Origin: Chloroflexota bacterium
GTDB taxonomy: Bacteria; Chloroflexota; Anaerolineae; B4-G1; DUEL01
DNA length: 58,483 bases
Assembly: GCA_011388675.1 (NCBI GenBank)
Contig: DROW01000204.1
Coordinates: forward strand, 1 to 58,483
Direction: 5' to 3'
A program made the translations under genes and the position numbers. Within the stretch, counting starts at the first letter, position 1; each line of letters opens with the position of its first letter. Of the stretch, positions 55,216 to 58,483 are shown piece by piece. The notes under the pieces are model-generated. The model was given only the letters and a program-made list of their open reading frames with translations, did no database searches and was not told the origin of the DNA.

Positions 55216-56160
55216 TTACTCGGGCCGCTCCAGCAGCGATTCGACCGCTGTGTAGACGTCCACCTCGCGGGCTACGATGCGTCCCACCCAGCGATCGATT
55301 TCCGCCTCTCCCACCTGCTCGATCAATCGATCCAGCATCTCCCGGTGCAACGCCTGCATCAGATCGGCACGAACCCGCTCCTGCTCCTTCTGGACCCAAA
55401 GGCCGCTTTGTTGGAGGAACGCCCTGTGCGCATCAATGGCCTCCACGACCGCCTCCACACCGGTTCCATCCAGCGCGACGGTCTTGAGGATGGGGGGGCG
55501 CCACCCGTCGGCAGCGTTGGAGTTGTTCCACCCTAGGCCCAACGTGGCCTCCAGCGCGAGGGCCGTCTGCCCGGCTCCAGGTCGATCCGCCTTGTTCACC
55601 ACCAGGATGTCGGCGATCTCCAGGAGCCCGGCCTTCAACGCCTGGACGTCGTCCCCGAGCCCCGGTGCCTCCACGACCACGACGGTGTGCGCGGTACGGG
55701 CGACGTCCACCTCCGCCTGCCCCACACCGACCGTCTCCACCAGAATCGTCTGGAACCCCACGGCGTCCAGCACCTTCACCGCGTCGCCCGTGGCGCGGGC
55801 CAGCCCGCCCAGGCTCCCACGGGTCGCCATACTGCGGATGAAAATGCCGGGGTCGCCCGCCAGATCCCGCATCCGCACCCGGTCCCCCAAGATCGCGCCG
55901 CCGGTGAAGGGGCTGGTGGGGTCCACAGCGACGATGCCGACGGTGGTTCCCCGGGCGCGGAGCCGCTTGGCGAGTTCGTTGACCAGGGTGGACTTTCCCG
56001 TGCCCGGAGCGCCGGTCACGCCGACGATGTGGGCGCGGCCGGTGTGGGGGTGGAGGACCGCCAGGGCCTCCTGAGCCTGCGGACTGTCATCTTCAACGAG
56101 GGAGAGGAGCCGGGCCAGCGCGCGTCGGTCCCCGGCCAGAGCCTTCTCTACCAGGTCCAC
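55216..56160 (-). CDS. meaB: methylmalonyl-CoA mutase accessory GTPase MeaB/ArgK
   Basis: IVGVTGAPGTGKSTLV, AVDPTSPFTGGAILGDR, LVETVGVGQ and VVNKAD. The GTG start is 1 nt after the upstream stop. Confidence 0.85.
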   Translation of the reverse strand: MDLVEKALAGDRRALARLLSLVEDDSPQAQEALAVLHPHTGRAHIVGVTGAPGTGKSTLVNELAKRLRARGTTVGIVAVDPTSPFTGGAILGDRVRMRDLAGDPGIFIRSMATRGSLGGLARATGDAVKVLDAVGFQTILVETVGVGQAEVDVARTAHTVVVVEAPGLGDDVQALKAGLLEIADILVVNKADRPGAGQTALALEATLGLGWNNSNAADGWRPPILKTVALDGTGVEAVVEAIDAHRAFLQQSGLWVQKEQERVRADLMQALHREMLDRLIEQVGEAEIDRWVGRIVAREVDVYTAVESLLERPE

Positions 56161-56161
56161 G

Positions 56162-56569
56162 TCATCCCCCGGCCAGGTGTCGATGGAAGGCCTCGACGAT
56201 GGTCTGGGTGGAGGTGCCGGGGCCGAAGATCTCGACGACCCCCATCTCCTTGAGGGCCTCAGCGTCCTCGTCGGGGATGATGCCGCCGACGAAGACCTTG
56301 ACGTCTTCCAGGCCGGCCTCGCGGAGCCCCTCCAGGACACGCGGGACCAGGGTCATATGGGCACCGGAGAGGATGCTCAGCCCGACGGCGTCCACGTCCT
56401 CCTGCAGGGCAGCCTCGACGATCATCTCCGGCGTCTGTCGGAGGCCGGTGTAGATGACCTCCATCCCGGCGTCCCGCAAAGCCCGCGCGACCACTTTAGC
56501 CCCCCGATCGTGGCCATCCAGGCCCGGCTTGGCGATGAGGACACGGAATTGCTTGCTCACCGACATCAC
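56162..56569 (-). CDS. cobalamin-binding domain of methylmalonyl-CoA mutase (small chain)
   Basis: [40 protein letters not shown] (DxHxxG B12 motif) and GLSILSGAH. Confidence 0.85.
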   Translation of the reverse strand: MMSVSKQFRVLIAKPGLDGHDRGAKVVARALRDAGMEVIYTGLRQTPEMIVEAALQEDVDAVGLSILSGAHMTLVPRVLEGLREAGLEDVKVFVGGIIPDEDAEALKEMGVVEIFGPGTSTQTIVEAFHRHLAGG

Positions 56570-56610
56570 TCCTTGTGGTCGAATCTGGCCGACTCCCGCC
56601 TCGGGAGGGG

Positions 56611-56639
56611 ATTATACCCCAAGTCGGAGAGATTGGGAA
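56611..56639 (-). promoter_or_regulatory. candidate promoter TTCCCA-17-TATAAT for the mutase/meaB unit
   Basis: The minus strand reads CTTCCCAATCTCTCCGACTTGGGGTATAAT. It is followed by a CTCCCG-aggc-GGGAG hairpin in the leader. Confidence 0.35.
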
Positions 56640-56642
56640 GGT

Positions 56643-57545
56643 TTATCCGCGACTTTCCAGGCACAAACGGCGCAACAACATACACCGCAGGAAATGGTAC
56701 ATCGCGTAGCACTCCAGCGCGAAGGGAGGAAAGCCCAGCATCCCCAGGATCGGCATTCGAAAGTAGTGAATGCCGAAATCGAGCGGCCACGGAAGGGTAT
56801 ATCGCCATCCAGCCGTGGCCCAGAAGTTCCAGAACTCCCACAGTAGACCACAGACACCGCCCGCTGCAAGGAAAAGGTAGAGGGGACGGGGGTCCCCCTC
56901 CTCCAGCGACCGGTAGACGGACGGCGCTCCCAGAGCACGGTTGAGCGGCTCGAGGAAAAGGACGAACCCCACCCAGACGAAGGCGAAGGTGTATCGAGCG
57001 ATCCGGACGGGCAACAGCGGCGGAATCGATAAGAAAGCGATGCCGAGAAGGAACGAGAGGGAAAGCCAGGTGGAGGACATCCGACGTGGCCGAACGCGGG
57101 CGCTTCGGAACAGACCAAGACCCTCCAGCACGGACGCCGTCTCGAAGACGCCGGGGAAGATGGTGGCGAATGACCACAGGTAGGCCAGGTTCCGTACCCA
57201 GGGATTCTCCGGCACGCCGACGTAGTACCAGTTCCACAGCCGCATATTGTACGCCTCGAAGAGCAGCCAGCAGCCCACGGAGAGCCAGGCCATCAACAGG
57301 ACCTCGCGGGGGCGGTCGTGGATCAGGGAATGCCCCCGCAGACGGAAGGCCAGACCGTCGGCGAATAGGATGTAGCCGGTCCAGACGATGGGAGTGAACC
57401 ACCGGCTGACGAAGGGCTGACGGGCGAAGAGGAGGATCTCCGCAAGGATGACGACGGCAGCGCCCAGCCAGCCGTACCAGGGAAAGTGACGTGTGTTGCG
57501 TGGTGCGTGATATGCGTTGGGAACCGCCCGTTTCTGGTCAGGCAT
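56643..57545 (-). CDS. hypothetical polytopic membrane protein (~8 TM, Trp-rich)
   Basis: FPWYGWLGAAVVILAEILLF.., WNWYYVGVPENPW and LLWEFWNFWATAGWRY. I recognise no family. The start overlaps the upstream gene's stop by 8 nt. Confidence 0.55.
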   Translation of the reverse strand: MPDQKRAVPNAYHAPRNTRHFPWYGWLGAAVVILAEILLFARQPFVSRWFTPIVWTGYILFADGLAFRLRGHSLIHDRPREVLLMAWLSVGCWLLFEAYNMRLWNWYYVGVPENPWVRNLAYLWSFATIFPGVFETASVLEGLGLFRSARVRPRRMSSTWLSLSFLLGIAFLSIPPLLPVRIARYTFAFVWVGFVLFLEPLNRALGAPSVYRSLEEGDPRPLYLFLAAGGVCGLLWEFWNFWATAGWRYTLPWPLDFGIHYFRMPILGMLGFPPFALECYAMYHFLRCMLLRRLCLESRG

Positions 57546-58483
57546 ACCTCACCTCCTCCAGAGATCGGTCGTATCGGGGAGCCACGTCCCTCCAGTCGAA
57601 GCGGGCCATCGCCTCCCGCAAGGGAGCGGCAGCCTGGCGGGCCTCGTCGGGGTGGGTCAGCGCCCACCGCAGCCGCTCCAACAGTCCATCAAAATCCTCG
57701 TAGAGACAGAGGTCGTGGTGGGTCGGGGGAACGATCTCCGGGTAGGAGAGCCGGCGGGGAAGGACGGGGAAACAACCGCAGTAGATCGCTTCGACGACGG
57801 CGACGCCGAAGAACTCGTGGATCGCGGTGCTCACCACCACGTCCGCCTGCCAGAGGAGGCGGGCGTAGGTCGATTCGTCGGCGTGGCCGAAGTGGACCAC
57901 CCGCTCCCCCAACCGGTCCCGCGCCGCTTCGAACTCCTCCGGCTGCTGGCGGACGTTGTACCCAGCCAACGCCACCCGAAACTCCACCCCTTCTTCCATC
58001 AGCGCATCCAGCGCCCGGAAGAAAGTCCGCGGATCTTTGTCGTACTCCCATCGCTGGTTCCAGAGGATCACCGGCGGCCCGTCCGCGCCCTCTCCGCCCC
58101 CTAGACGGTCCAGCCGGGCCAGGTCGATCCCCACCGGCAGCACCGCCGATCTGGCGCGCACTTCTCCGATACGATGAACGTGGGTGTAGTCGGGAAAATG
58201 CTTCAGAAGCCGGGGGAGTTCGTCAAACCAGTCCTCTAGGTGGTACGCCGAGTTGAAGAGGACCCGGTCGGCGGCGAGCATCGAGAGCCAGTTGATCATC
58301 CCGTAGGTCAGATCCCGCTTTTCGCCTGGGGGCAGCGGATAGGTCAATTGGTTCTCGTGGCAATAGAGGGCCACCGGCACGTCCGCCAGGAGGTGGCGGG
58401 TGAGCCCCAGGAAGGCGGGGAGGTTCAGCATATCTGTGACCAGCAGGAGGTCGGGACGGATGCCCATCCGCAGGACCTCCTCC
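57538..58483 (-). CDS. GTDC1/QTMAN-like glycosyltransferase (DUF3524 + GT-B C-domain); N-terminus outside the window
   Basis: LYCHENQLTYPLPPGEKRDLTYGMINWLSMLAADRVLFNS, VILWNQRWEYDKDPRTFF and VVSTAIHEFFGVAVVEAIYCGCFPVLPRRLSYPEIVP. From memory these match the human GTDC1 blocks HENQLIYP, WPHRWEHDKDP and [25 protein letters not shown]. The frame stays open to 58483. Confidence 0.75.
   Translation of the reverse strand, partial: EEVLRMGIRPDLLLVTDMLNLPAFLGLTRHLLADVPVALYCHENQLTYPLPPGEKRDLTYGMINWLSMLAADRVLFNSAYHLEDWFDELPRLLKHFPDYTHVHRIGEVRARSAVLPVGIDLARLDRLGGGEGADGPPVILWNQRWEYDKDPRTFFRALDALMEEGVEFRVALAGYNVRQQPEEFEAARDRLGERVVHFGHADESTYARLLWQADVVVSTAIHEFFGVAVVEAIYCGCFPVLPRRLSYPEIVPPTHHDLCLYEDFDGLLERLRWALTHPDEARQAAAPLREAMARFDWRDVAPRYDRSLEEVRYA

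Overview
The window is a 58.5-kb high-GC bacterial chromosomal segment (roughly mid-60s % GC by eye). It is densely coding, and I saw no transposase, integrase, rRNA or CRISPR. LysM-anchored surface proteins, PT linkers and the repeat types suggest a Chloroflexota-like monoderm, but that is a low-confidence inference. Layout, in order:
- 1-9.2 kb, housekeeping: a GH57 branching enzyme (runs off the window), adenine deaminase, hydantoinase, a DUF360 membrane protein, mgtE, rnd, a broken beta-CASP RNase gene and ppa.
- 9.3-35.5 kb, one roughly 26-kb block entirely on the minus strand:
  - four cohesin/dockerin/LysM surface-protein genes with no enzyme modules;
  - a 19-gene glycan locus with five GT4 and one GT2 glycosyltransferases, wecB, three PAPS-type sulfotransferases, two deacetylase-like genes, two SAM methyltransferases, a Wzx-like flippase, a WbpA/B/E/D-like pathway and an SDR epimerase;
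  - udk, a ResB-like membrane protein and tRNA-Thr.
- 35.7-42.8 kb: tetR with a perfect operator, an SDR, a zinc-ribbon/TM protein with five OB-fold repeats coupled to a TctA-like membrane protein, an rsmC-like gene and a homocysteine methyltransferase.
- 43-52.4 kb: rpsA, infA, an M42 peptidase, then atpA-atpG-[MNT/HEPN pair]-atpD-atpC, then mreB.
- 52.6-58.5 kb: GNATs, prs, a beta-carbonic anhydrase, meaB, a B12-binding mutase domain, a polytopic membrane protein and a GTDC1/QTMAN-like glycosyltransferase (runs off the window).

Most notable observations:
- Deacetylase-plus-sulfotransferase modules point to a sulfated, possibly N-sulfated, acidic glycan.
- The cohesin-dockerin locus has no enzyme-bearing dockerin protein.
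- An MNT-HEPN pair is embedded inside the F1 ATP synthase operon.
- Two repeat families recur: roughly 70-bp CACAGAG palindromes at gene ends, and 7-8-nt periodic GCARGGRR arrays, two of which are translated.
- A low-GC island sits inside the glycan locus.

All family assignments come from motif recognition by eye; no searches were run.
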